From assembly GCA_043816165.1 (NCBI GenBank), contig JBDRIE010000025.1, forward strand, positions 2,680 through 66,679: DNA of 64,000 nucleotides, written 5' to 3'. The DNA is from Nitrospirota bacterium (GTDB lineage Bacteria; Patescibacteriota; Gracilibacteria; UBA1369; LOWO2-01-FULL-3). This document shows positions 27,163 to 36,207 of the stretch, in pieces. Both the position numbers and the translations under genes were made by a program. The notes beneath the pieces are model-generated. The model did no database searches, was not told where the DNA came from, and saw nothing but the letters and a program-made list of their open reading frames with translations. How positions within the stretch are numbered: position 1 is the stretch's first letter; the number at the start of each line of letters is the position of its first letter.

Positions 27163-28353
27163 ATGATTAAAAAGACAGACATCAAACAAATGTTAAAAAA
27201 GTACGACACCGGTGATATTACTATTGGTGTTTTGGGTGGGCACAGTGCTCTCGATGTGTGTAGTGGTGCGAAAGAATATGGTTTTCGGACTGTGGCGGTT
27301 TGCCAGAAGGGTCGGGAGAAAACTTTTAAGAAATATTATAAGACTCGGAAAGATGGAAGAGGGTGTATTGATGAAGTAATTTTGGTGGATAAGTTTTCGG
27401 ATATTGTGAAGCCGGCAATTCAGAAGCAATTGCAGAAATTGAATACTATTTTCATTCATAATCGATATTTCTGGGTGTATTTTGATAATTTCAAAGACAT
27501 CGAGGACAAGTTCAAGGTGCCAATTTTTGGCTTAAGACAAGGTGTAAAGCTGGAGGAACGTGACCAGCCGCTTAATCAATATCATTTGTTGGAGAAAGCC
27601 GGGATTAGGATCCCAAAAATCATTCGTCGAGGTGATAGTAAAATGAATGCGGAGAAATTGTCAGCGGCGTTTACGAAACATTTTGATGATGACAAAGGTG
27701 GACCGCTATTGGTAAAGGTAAACGAAGCTACTCGTGGATATGAGAGAGCGTTTTTTATTGCAACTAGCGAGAATAGTTTCCACAGAAAAGCTGAAAAGAT
27801 GATTGCAAAAGGCCATATTACCCAGGAAGACCTGGACAAAGCTGTGATTGAGGAGTTTGTACTTGGAGCGCAGATTAATCTGAATTTCTTTTATTCTCCT
27901 TTAAAAGGTGAGTTGGAATTGATGGGAACCGATACTCGCAGACAGACCGATCTGGATGGATTTTTGAGGTTGAATGCAAAGGTTCAGGAGACACTTTTGA
28001 GTTCAGGATTTAGTCCGAAAATGATCGAGACCGGGCATTATTCTGTGACTATGAAGGAGTCATTGGTGGAAAAAGCTTATGAAATTGGTGAGAAATTTGT
28101 GAAGACTATGGAGAAAGAGGTGAAGCCCGGAATGATCGGGCCTTTTGCGCTACAGGGAGCGGTTGCTGCTGATAACGGCAAAGAGGAATTTGTGATTTTT
28201 GACGTGAGTATGAGAATTCCCGGATCGCCCGGTACGAAGTTCACTCCTTATTCCGGTTATCTATATGGTGAAACCTTGAGTTATGGAGAGAGGATCGCTA
28301 TGGAGATTCATGAAGCGATTGATGCGGGGAAACTGGAGGAGATTTTGACTTAA
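27163..28353 (+). CDS. PurP-family ATP-grasp paralog
   Basis: 396 aa. GVLGGHSALDVCSGAKEYGF, RGYERAFFIA, GTDTRRQT, GPFALQG. Same fold family as the upstream gene but diverged with insertions. Confidence 0.8.
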   Translation: MIKKTDIKQMLKKYDTGDITIGVLGGHSALDVCSGAKEYGFRTVAVCQKGREKTFKKYYKTRKDGRGCIDEVILVDKFSDIVKPAIQKQLQKLNTIFIHNRYFWVYFDNFKDIEDKFKVPIFGLRQGVKLEERDQPLNQYHLLEKAGIRIPKIIRRGDSKMNAEKLSAAFTKHFDDDKGGPLLVKVNEATRGYERAFFIATSENSFHRKAEKMIAKGHITQEDLDKAVIEEFVLGAQINLNFFYSPLKGELELMGTDTRRQTDLDGFLRLNAKVQETLLSSGFSPKMIETGHYSVTMKESLVEKAYEIGEKFVKTMEKEVKPGMIGPFALQGAVAADNGKEEFVIFDVSMRIPGSPGTKFTPYSGYLYGETLSYGERIAMEIHEAIDAGKLEEILT

Positions 28354-28356
28354 TTT

Positions 28357-28914
28357 ATGAAAAAACATATTCCAAATATCCTGACGGTCTTACGTTTGGT
28401 TCTTACCGTGGTGATCATTATATGCTTTATTGTGCCGTTTAGTGGGAATTTCTTGTGGATTTTTGGCTTTTTCGTGGTGGCTGTTTTGACTGATTATTTT
28501 GATGGAATGCTGGCTCGCAGATGGAAAGTGGAGTCTACTTTTGGGAAAGTTTTTGATTCTTTGATTGATAAGATTCTGGTTTTATCGATTTTGATGATGT
28601 TGATTCCTTACAATATAGTTCATTATGGGATCTTTGTGGCTTTTTTGTTTAGAGATATTTTTGTTGATGGGTTGAAAAATTATCTTTTGTCTCTGAATAA
28701 ACCTGTTGCTCCGAAGATTACCGGGAAATTAAAGTTTTTCTTTCAAACATTGATGATTGGATTGATGTTGTTGCTTCTTAGTGACACTAGGTGGGATGGA
28801 GAGGAAGTATTATATATGTTAGGGATATTAACGACAACTTCTTTGGCCTTGTTTTTCGCTTACTTTAGTGCTTTTCTATACACAAGAGATTTTATTAGAT
28901 CATATAAATCGTGA
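28357..28914 (+). CDS. pgsA: CDP-alcohol phosphatidyltransferase (PgsA-like)
   Basis: 185 aa. DYFDGMLARRWKVESTFGKVFDSLIDK matches the D-x2-DG-x2-AR...G-x3-D-x3-D motif. Confidence 0.8.
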   Translation: MKKHIPNILTVLRLVLTVVIIICFIVPFSGNFLWIFGFFVVAVLTDYFDGMLARRWKVESTFGKVFDSLIDKILVLSILMMLIPYNIVHYGIFVAFLFRDIFVDGLKNYLLSLNKPVAPKITGKLKFFFQTLMIGLMLLLLSDTRWDGEEVLYMLGILTTTSLALFFAYFSAFLYTRDFIRSYKS

Positions 28915-29831
28915 AAAACTCAAAAGTACTTATTATTGGGGGGACGGGGTTTATTGGGAATGCACTTGTGAAGACTCTGGAGGAGCAGGGTTTTAATGAT
29001 GTAACCGCTGTCTCTCGATCATCCCATGGAGTTGATGTGACTGATTTGGAAACTTTGCTGCCTTTTATTGCTATGGCTGATTATGTGATAAATCTTGCGG
29101 GTCATATTTCTTTTCATAAAAAGGATAGGGATGAAGTTTTGAAAATTAATAACGAGGGCTCTATCAATGTTTTACGAGCTTGTGAAAATAGTGATGTGAA
29201 GAAATTGGTTCATATGAGTTCAACCGCTTCATTTGGATTTGATCATGATATAGTCACGGAGGATACAGAATTTGATTGGGATAAACACAAAAATCTTGGT
29301 TATAGTTATTCTAAATATTTGCCGAATAAGCAGATTCATGAAAGTGGGTTGCCGACGAATATTATCTATCCCCCACTTGTGATTGGGCCGGACAGCAACG
29401 TAAATGTGGATCGTTTGATTAAATACGTGCATGGGAAAAAGAATGTTTTTGCTCCTCCCGGAATGAATGCGTATATTGATGTGCGTGACCTAGCTGATGC
29501 TATAGTTCGCGTGCTTCTGGACGCTGAAAATAATGAGAATTTTATCGTGGCAAAGGAAAATATTACTTTCGTGAAATTGTTCAGTGCAATTGCTGAGCTT
29601 CTTGGACAACAAAGTAAGGTTCGGAAGATTCCGGGGTTTTTGAGAGGGCCTGTAGTTGGGATTTCGAGATTGCTGGAGGGTGTTGGGATTTCAATTCCTT
29701 CTGAGAATTTGTTTTTGGGATTTAAGGAGCGAAAATTTGATTCGACTAAAATCAGCCGATTGTTGGGATTTGAGCCAAAACACAGCTATCGAGAATCATT
29801 GGCAGAATCGATAAAAGGGTTTATTTCTTGA
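28911..29831 (+). CDS. NAD-dependent epimerase/dehydratase (extended SDR)
   Basis: 306 aa. VLIIGGTGFIGNAL Rossmann motif and YSYSK catalytic motif. GTG start overlaps the pgsA stop. Confidence 0.8.
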   Translation: MKNSKVLIIGGTGFIGNALVKTLEEQGFNDVTAVSRSSHGVDVTDLETLLPFIAMADYVINLAGHISFHKKDRDEVLKINNEGSINVLRACENSDVKKLVHMSSTASFGFDHDIVTEDTEFDWDKHKNLGYSYSKYLPNKQIHESGLPTNIIYPPLVIGPDSNVNVDRLIKYVHGKKNVFAPPGMNAYIDVRDLADAIVRVLLDAENNENFIVAKENITFVKLFSAIAELLGQQSKVRKIPGFLRGPVVGISRLLEGVGISIPSENLFLGFKERKFDSTKISRLLGFEPKHSYRESLAESIKGFIS

Positions 29832-29854
29832 GCTTTTCCGTATAGATTATTTGC

Positions 29855-31138
29855 ATGAAAGTATTAGTACTTGCAGCCGGGCGCAGTAAGCGTATGAAAC
29901 CGGTTGAGGATAAAAATTTTTTGGAGTTCTTGGGAAAACCACTGATTCAGTGGCAGCTTGAGAGTTTGAAGAGGAATGGGCTGAATGATGTGATTGTTGT
30001 GGGTGGAGCGCATAATTTGGAGCGGTTGGAGGACGCGGCGCGTGGAGTTTTTCCTGATGCGCAAGTGGTTGAGCAGGAGAATTTGGATATGGGCATGTGC
30101 GGAGCGGTACTTGCGGCACGGGATGTTTGCGTTGGACCGGTTTTGATATTTAGCAGTAATGATGTTGTTGATGATGAGGCGTTTAAATTGATTGCTGATG
30201 CGTCTGAGGGAAATGAGGAAGGTTATATTCTTGGTAAAAAAGTTGATGAATATTTTCCCGGGGGTTATTTGAAAATTGATGATGGATTAATTTCCGGGAT
30301 CGTTGAGAAACCTGAACCTGGTGCGGAACCGAGCGATATGGTAAATCTCGTGGTTCATTATCACAGAGATTATGCTCGTTTGGTACAGTATTTGGAGAAT
30401 GCGAAGAGCGGTCAGGATGATGTATATGAAGTTGCGCTTACAAATATGATTAACGATGGAGTGAAGATGAAAGCTGTGGAATATAGTGGTTATTGGCAGC
30501 CTATTAAATATCCTTGGCATGTTAAACCGGTTTTTGATTATTATTTTAGTAAGTCTGAAAAAGGTGTGAGCGATAGTGCTTCGATTGCGGATTCAGCTGT
30601 TATTAAAGGTGATGTGATTATTGAGGATAATGTGAAAATTTTTGAAGGAGCTGTTGTGAATGGTCCCGCATATTTGGGTAAAGGATGTATTGTCGCGAAT
30701 AATGCGTTAGTTCGAGATAGCCATCTTGGGAAAGGCTGTGTTATTGGTTATTCAACTGAAGTTGCCAGGAGTTTTCTTGGTAATGATGTTTGGACTCATA
30801 GTAATTACGTTGGAGATAGTGTTATTGGCAATAATGTGAGTTTTGGAGCCGGGACTGTTACCGGAAATCTGCGTTTGGACGAAAAAGATATTTATGATGG
30901 AATAAAAAAGTTTGGTCTTGTGACAGGTGATAATATTCGAGTAGGTGTAAATACGAGCTTTATGCCGGGTGTAAAAGTTGGAAGTGATAGTTTTATTGGA
31001 GCCGGGATTGTTGTTGCTAAGAATATTGATGAAAAGAGTTTTGTCCGCGGAGAATGGAATTTGAAAATTTCAGAGAATAAAGCTAGTGTCGATCCGAAAG
31101 GTCGTGATGAAATAAAAAATAAATTAAATAATGGTTAA
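29855..31138 (+). CDS. sugar-1-phosphate nucleotidyltransferase with C-terminal left-handed beta-helix domain
   Basis: 427 aa. MKVLVLAAGRSKRM N-terminus and hexapeptide repeats in the C-terminal half. GlmU-like/archaeal bifunctional architecture. Confidence 0.8.
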   Translation: MKVLVLAAGRSKRMKPVEDKNFLEFLGKPLIQWQLESLKRNGLNDVIVVGGAHNLERLEDAARGVFPDAQVVEQENLDMGMCGAVLAARDVCVGPVLIFSSNDVVDDEAFKLIADASEGNEEGYILGKKVDEYFPGGYLKIDDGLISGIVEKPEPGAEPSDMVNLVVHYHRDYARLVQYLENAKSGQDDVYEVALTNMINDGVKMKAVEYSGYWQPIKYPWHVKPVFDYYFSKSEKGVSDSASIADSAVIKGDVIIEDNVKIFEGAVVNGPAYLGKGCIVANNALVRDSHLGKGCVIGYSTEVARSFLGNDVWTHSNYVGDSVIGNNVSFGAGTVTGNLRLDEKDIYDGIKKFGLVTGDNIRVGVNTSFMPGVKVGSDSFIGAGIVVAKNIDEKSFVRGEWNLKISENKASVDPKGRDEIKNKLNNG

Positions 31139-31925
31139 ACTTTCAATTACGATCGTTAATTATAATCAAAAATACTTCCCTCGCCTTTGCGTGGAGGCTT
31201 TGAAGAAGAGCAAAACTGATTTCGAATTTGAGATTATATTTTGTGATAACAACTCTCACGATGAAAGCCTGGATTATTTAAAAAAAGCTTCTGAGAAAGG
31301 AGATATTATCCTCACAGAGTCTGGAAAGAACCTTGGCTATGGTGCAGGCATGAATTATGCGGCGCGAGAAGCTAAAGGAAAATATATTTTGATTTTGAAT
31401 GCAGACATAACAGTCGATACTGACTCTTTGCAAAAGCTTGTTGATTATCTCGAAACACATCCGGATGTTGGAATGGTTGGACCAAAGCTTATGTATCACA
31501 ATGGTGAAGTTCAGAGGTCTTGTAGACGCCATTTCAATTTCTTTGACCTATTTATTAAAAGAACTTTTTTACGAAAAATTTGGCCTTTCAAGAAAAGATA
31601 TGAAAACTATTTGATGGAAGATTTCAATCATATGAGTACGCAAGAGGTGGATCTAATAACCGGAGCGTTTATGATGATGCCGATGGAGGTTTTCCAAAAA
31701 ATAAACGGTTTTGACGAAAGATTTTTCTTATTTATGGAGGATTTTGATCTTTGTAGAAAAACTCAGAAAGCCGGTTACAAGGTTGTCTATTATCCCGAAG
31801 CGGTTGCCACCCATTACCACAAAAGGCTTAGTCAGGGGTCGCTTTGGAAATTAGCTTTAAATAAAGTTTCTTGGTATCACCTAGCGAGTGCAATTAAGTA
31901 CCATTGGAAATGGAAAGGTAAATAA
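31131..31925 (+). CDS. family 2 glycosyltransferase
   Basis: 264 aa. LSITIVNYNQ...CDNNSHDES...LNADI...MEDFDLC is typical GT2 (GT-A, DxD). Confidence 0.85.
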   Translation: MVKLSITIVNYNQKYFPRLCVEALKKSKTDFEFEIIFCDNNSHDESLDYLKKASEKGDIILTESGKNLGYGAGMNYAAREAKGKYILILNADITVDTDSLQKLVDYLETHPDVGMVGPKLMYHNGEVQRSCRRHFNFFDLFIKRTFLRKIWPFKKRYENYLMEDFNHMSTQEVDLITGAFMMMPMEVFQKINGFDERFFLFMEDFDLCRKTQKAGYKVVYYPEAVATHYHKRLSQGSLWKLALNKVSWYHLASAIKYHWKWKGK

Positions 31926-31939
31926 ATAATATAAATCAT

Positions 31940-32257
31940 ATGAGCCCATTTTTTCTACATATAGCAATAATCGCGGTTCTCGATATTGCCGCCTCTATAA
32001 CAGCAAAATATTATAGCATTACAAAACATCCTCTTTTACTTGTTGCTACGTTTATAATTTTAGGCTCCGCGGGTGTTGTATTTGCAAAGTCTTTAAAATA
32101 TGAAGGGGTTGCTATCGCTAACGTACTATGGATTGTTGTGTCGATTATTGGCGTTACTTTGATTGGATATTTGTATTTCAAAGAAAGCATTACAGGAATC
32201 CAGATGGCTGGAATTGTGGTTATTACTTTGGGTTTAGTGATGGTGAATTTGAAATAA
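31940..32257 (+). CDS. small 4-TM SMR/DMT-like membrane protein (possible lipid-linked sugar flippase)
   Basis: 105 aa, four hydrophobic helices, sits after the GT2 gene. ArnE/F-like role is only by size, topology and context. Confidence 0.55.
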   Translation: MSPFFLHIAIIAVLDIAASITAKYYSITKHPLLLVATFIILGSAGVVFAKSLKYEGVAIANVLWIVVSIIGVTLIGYLYFKESITGIQMAGIVVITLGLVMVNLK

Positions 32258-32258
32258 T

Positions 32259-32843
32259 TTATTTCCGCTTCGCTAATTGGCGGATCACTTCAGGGTACCA
32301 CTCCTTTTCGAGGGCCTGGACGCGGTCTTTTAGAGTTTCCGGCGTGTCTTCGGCGTAAACCGGGCAGGTTTTTTGGAGAATAATCGGGCCTGTGTCTACT
32401 CCTTCATCCAAGTAGTGGATTGTCATTCCTGTTTCCTTGTCGCCTGAGGCTAATACAGCTTCGTGGACTCCCTTTCCGAAGAAATCCTTTCCGGCATATT
32501 TTGGGATGAGAGCAGGATGAACATTTATAATTTTGTTGCGGAATTTTTCGATGAATCCTGATGTGAGGATTCTCATATAGCCGATCAGTACTACCAAATC
32601 AACTTTGTGTTTTTCGAGTAGTTCTGCGACTTTTTGATCAAATTCTTCGCGAGTCCTGTTGGCAGTTTTTACCCAAATCCCTTTGTATCCTTGTTCGCTC
32701 GCTCTTTTTAAAGCATAAGCATTTTTCTTATTACTAATAACTACTGAAAGTTCGATTCCCGGCATCTTGCCGTCTTTCATTTCGTCTATGATTGCTTGTA
32801 GGTCAGTTCCTTTTGTTGATGCTAATACTCCGATTCTGAACAT
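32259..32843 (-). CDS. purN: phosphoribosylglycinamide formyltransferase
   Basis: 194 aa. IGVLASTKGTDLQAII..., INVHPALIP and MTIHYLDEGVDTGPII motifs. Confidence 0.9.
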   Translation of the reverse strand: MFRIGVLASTKGTDLQAIIDEMKDGKMPGIELSVVISNKKNAYALKRASEQGYKGIWVKTANRTREEFDQKVAELLEKHKVDLVVLIGYMRILTSGFIEKFRNKIINVHPALIPKYAGKDFFGKGVHEAVLASGDKETGMTIHYLDEGVDTGPIILQKTCPVYAEDTPETLKDRVQALEKEWYPEVIRQLAKRK

Positions 32844-32858
32844 AATATATTTGGTTAG

Positions 32859-32875
32859 CCCCGCATTCTGCGGGG
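32859..32875. repeat. GC-rich hairpin CCCCGC-ATTCT-GCGGGG
   Basis: Lies between the sdaAA stop and the purN start. Its reverse complement resembles the 1198-1212 hairpin, including flanks. Confidence 0.55.
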
Positions 32876-32879
32876 GTGG

Positions 32880-33779
32880 TTATAATTCTCTGGTAATGCG
32901 TAATCCCAGTTTTTTCTTAATTCTGTTACCTGTTGGCGTGATGGCAAGTCCTCCAAGTGCGGTTTCTTTGATTGTGCGTGGCATTGTTCTACCAATATCT
33001 TTTGCCGCACGTACTACTTCGTCAAACGGTACGTAACTTTGAACTCCAGATATTGCCATATCACTTGCGCCGATTGCATTCATACATCCAATTGCATTTC
33101 TTTTTATACATGGGACTTCGACCAGACCGGCTAGTGGATCACATGCCAGACCGAGATAACTTTTTAATGCTATCGCAGCTGCGTCAAAACATTGCTCGGG
33201 AGTTCCGCCTCTCATTTCTGTGAGACCTGCTGCAGCCATTGCAACTGCGGCTCCAACTTCTGCCTGGCACCCGCCTTTTGCGGCTGAGATTGTTGATTCT
33301 TCTGCAATTATTAGTCCGATCGCTGAGGCACAAAATAATCCGCGAAGTAATTTTCGTTTTCCGGCTTTGAAATGTTCTGCAGAGCTAAATAAGACTCCGG
33401 GTATTACTCCAGCTCCGCCTGCTGTTGGGAATGCAACTATTCGTCCCATTCGTGCATTTTGCTCTCCTACTGCTAATGCATAAGCCATGGCTCTTATCGT
33501 TACCTTATTCCCCATCATTTTTTCCAGATTTTTGAGAGACTTATAAACTTTTTGTGCATCACTGCCGCTAATCCCCATTATTGATTTCTTGTTGGAGTTG
33601 ATTCCTTGCTTCACGGCCTTGTACATAAAATCCCGCGTCATTTTCATCTTGTTTCTAATTGTGCTTATTGCGTTCCCTGATCTTTGTGATTCGTAAAGTT
33701 TTGCAATTTCAGAAATTGGAACTTTGTACCGTTTTGTGAGTTTGATTACGTCCTCTGCTGTTTGAAAATGATATTTCAT
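32880..33779 (-). CDS. sdaAA: L-serine dehydratase, iron-sulfur dependent, alpha subunit
   Basis: GGAGVIPG and ISAAKGGCQAEVGAAVAMAAAGL motifs. Start set at MKYHFQ (33779), just after the sdaAB stop. The track ORF extends to 33848. Confidence 0.9.
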   Translation of the reverse strand: MKYHFQTAEDVIKLTKRYKVPISEIAKLYESQRSGNAISTIRNKMKMTRDFMYKAVKQGINSNKKSIMGISGSDAQKVYKSLKNLEKMMGNKVTIRAMAYALAVGEQNARMGRIVAFPTAGGAGVIPGVLFSSAEHFKAGKRKLLRGLFCASAIGLIIAEESTISAAKGGCQAEVGAAVAMAAAGLTEMRGGTPEQCFDAAAIALKSYLGLACDPLAGLVEVPCIKRNAIGCMNAIGASDMAISGVQSYVPFDEVVRAAKDIGRTMPRTIKETALGGLAITPTGNRIKKKLGLRITREL

Positions 33780-33780
33780 A

Positions 33781-34470
33781 TTATTGTTTTTCCAGTTTAG
33801 AAAGTGATCGAATGAAGTCGACATGTTTTGTGTTTTTTTCGAGTTCAATTACTTCCGGGAGTTTTATTCTGCGGCCTTCTGTATGGAGAATGCTCAGAGT
33901 TTTGTTTTTGTAGGTTCTTTGTTCTATATCGTGAATTTTTATTCCTTTTAGAGCGTTTACTTTTTCCCTTAATTCCCTGATTACTCTTTTATCTTTGTCG
34001 TGTTGAACTACCAATGAAAGGTATTTTCCCGCTCTCCCCCTTAGGTGAATATTAAAATTGTCGATTTTTAGAATTTCAATTACTCCTCCTCCAACTGAAG
34101 ATCCTATTACCGACATTTTTCTCCTGGAATTCTCGAGAACTATTTTTACCGTGTTGGGATGATATCTTTCTCCAAGGAATTTCTTTTTGAATTCGTATTC
34201 AATTCCTTTCTTGTCGGCAACTCTGAAACTATCTTTTATCGATGGGTCGCTTGTTCTCATTTTTAATACTCCCGCGAGAAGTGCACGATCCGTTGCGTGC
34301 CCTTTGTAAACTTCTGCAAAAGATCCATGAAGATAAAATGTTACTTTTCGTGGAGTTCCGTGGAATAATGCTCTGGCAAACTGCCCAATTTTGCACGCAC
34401 CGGCAGTGTGAGAACTTGATGGTCCAACCATTATCGGCCCTGCAATGTCGAAAATCGATATTTCGTCCAT
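33781..34470 (-). CDS. sdaAB: L-serine dehydratase, beta subunit
   Basis: 229 aa. SIFDIAGPIMVGPSSSHTAGACKIG N-terminus and an ACT-like C-terminal half. Confidence 0.9.
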   Translation of the reverse strand: MDEISIFDIAGPIMVGPSSSHTAGACKIGQFARALFHGTPRKVTFYLHGSFAEVYKGHATDRALLAGVLKMRTSDPSIKDSFRVADKKGIEYEFKKKFLGERYHPNTVKIVLENSRRKMSVIGSSVGGGVIEILKIDNFNIHLRGRAGKYLSLVVQHDKDKRVIRELREKVNALKGIKIHDIEQRTYKNKTLSILHTEGRRIKLPEVIELEKNTKHVDFIRSLSKLEKQ

Positions 34471-34680
34471 TTTTTTAAGTTGGTGTTTTACACCAGTTTA
34501 GCAGAATTGGGTTTAATGTCTATTTTAAAATTAGACTATAGGTTTTTATATGTCTACCCTAAGTGATTGCGTTGTTTAGCCTAGAGGGGTATTATGTTTT
34601 GAAACGCTGAAATTGATAGTAAATATATTATGCCATCCAAGAGTCCGATATTAGACCTTTAAAAACTAGTAGAATAAAGC

Positions 34681-35022
34681 GTGAGCAATCGTATGGAGAG
34701 TTTTGTAGAAAAGGAGCCTTCGCTTCGCTGCGACTCTGCTCGCAATTGCTCACACTTTGTGATGGTACTTCTTGACCAGCTGAACCGCTCATTTACTTCC
34801 CTCGTGGTTGGGCCTGGTGACCTCCGTGATTTATATTGCGTAGATGGTTCACATTCAACAGGCGGTCGTCGGATCGACTAAAAATATGTTCCGAAGTAAG
34901 GTGTGTAAAAAAGTAAGGATTGGTCTCCCGAAAACAAAAACAAACTTAACAAAAAAAGTTCTTAGCCGAAAAAATATTCTCGACTAAAACTTAAGTTTTT
35001 CCCGCCATTGGCGGGTTTTTTA
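34681..35022 (+). ncRNA. candidate structured non-coding transcript (class unknown)
   Basis: In a 550-bp gene-free gap. A 73-nt imperfect hairpin (GTGAGCAAT 34681-34689 pairs with ATTGCTCAC 34745-34753), a GC-rich core and an A-rich tail, ending in a plus-strand intrinsic terminator. Confidence 0.3.
35001..35022 (+). terminator. intrinsic terminator CCCGCC-ATT-GGCGGG + T6
   Basis: Perfect 6-bp GC stem followed by TTTTTT on the plus strand. Abuts the mscS stop codon and may also act on the minus strand. Confidence 0.65.
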
Positions 35023-36087
35023 TTACCTTTTTTCGCCTAGTGGACGAAGTGGTTGTTCGTCATCATCTTCAACTTCTTGAAGTACTGCTTGAGGTGTTTG
35101 AGGGACTATTGGAGTTTGTGAAGTTATAACGGGAGCTACTCCTGGAGCGGGTGTCGGTTCACTTTTTTGCCCTCCTTCGGCGGATTCGGCCGCGCTCTGT
35201 TCCATAAAATCTTTTTCCTCAATAGGATTATCTTTATCTTGAGCAATTGTTCGAATAGGCCATGGGATAGTAATTCCAAACTCATCGAACTTGGCTTTTA
35301 CATTTTTCGCCAAATCACTTTTTATCTTTATCCAACCACCTGTCGAACTAACCCATGCTTTGATTTTCAGATCAATTGAGTTCTCTCCAAATCCAGATAC
35401 TACTACAGAAGGTTTTGGTTCGAGAAGCACACCTTTTGTATGCTTGGTCGCGCTCATGCATATCTTAATTACGTTCTCTAATTTATGTCTGTAATCCACT
35501 CCAACTTCTAATGCAATTTTTCTAAATGGATTTGAAGTGAAGCTTGTTACTTGTTTCTTGAACATTTGTGCGTTTGGAACGATCACTTTCGTCCCATCGA
35601 TCGCTTTTAATACTGTGACTCTTGATTGAATCTCCTCCACTTTGCCTATTGTGCCTCCTACGCTAATAAAATCTCCAATCGTAAAATGATGACTCACTAG
35701 CAACATTATCCCAGCCAAAAAGTTCATAATTAGGTCTTTCAATGCGAAACCAATACCAAATGCAACCGCTGCGAGGATTGTGGTAAGGTCGATACCTGCG
35801 ATTTTCAGACCGATTGTGATACCAAGGATCAGGACACTCGAATAAGCGATTCTTCCTCCCAAAATCTGTAATTCTTCGTGCTCTTCACCGACTCCTTTTT
35901 CTTCAAGCTTGTTTTTTACCATACTTTTTGCCAATTTCGCTACCAACACAGAAAGAACGATCACTATAGCTCCCGCGATCCATAGAGGGATTTTTGTGAC
36001 TACTAATTCAACTAGCTTGGCAAGTTCTAAAACTGTACCACTGGCTACTTCTTCTGCGTCTACTGTAGCTGCATAAGCTGTAAGCAT
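35023..36087 (-). CDS. mscS: small-conductance mechanosensitive channel
   Basis: 354 aa. TM helices followed by LKDLIMNFLAGIMLLVSHHFTIGDFI...GKVEEIQSRVTVLKAIDGTKVIVPN, the MscS beta-domain signature. Confidence 0.87.
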   Translation of the reverse strand: MLTAYAATVDAEEVASGTVLELAKLVELVVTKIPLWIAGAIVIVLSVLVAKLAKSMVKNKLEEKGVGEEHEELQILGGRIAYSSVLILGITIGLKIAGIDLTTILAAVAFGIGFALKDLIMNFLAGIMLLVSHHFTIGDFISVGGTIGKVEEIQSRVTVLKAIDGTKVIVPNAQMFKKQVTSFTSNPFRKIALEVGVDYRHKLENVIKICMSATKHTKGVLLEPKPSVVVSGFGENSIDLKIKAWVSSTGGWIKIKSDLAKNVKAKFDEFGITIPWPIRTIAQDKDNPIEEKDFMEQSAAESAEGGQKSEPTPAPGVAPVITSQTPIVPQTPQAVLQEVEDDDEQPLRPLGEKR

Positions 36088-36207
36088 GTTTTCGTTTTAA
36101 TTAATCTATATATATTACCATTTTTTTGACTTTTTCTCAATGGTAATTAGGTGGCTTTTCCCTAGGATATTGTTACTGTTGGGTATGCATTATTTAACCA
36201 AATTACT

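Noticed and set aside
34681-34881. 66-aa ORF in the sdaAB-mscS gap
   Set aside because: It has a GTG start and no RBS. Its first 24 codons coincide with a 73-nt hairpin, and its composition is unlike neighbouring proteins. Treated as part of a candidate non-coding RNA instead.
34861-35022. Possible tmRNA (GGCGGTCGTCGGATCGAC resembles the tmRNA 5' end, followed by an A-rich ORF-like tract)
   Set aside because: No tRNA-like 3' domain (T-arm, acceptor, CCA) exists before the mscS gene. The candidate tag frames do not end in the usual hydrophobic/Ala-Ala tail. The hairpin at 35001 is a plain terminator.
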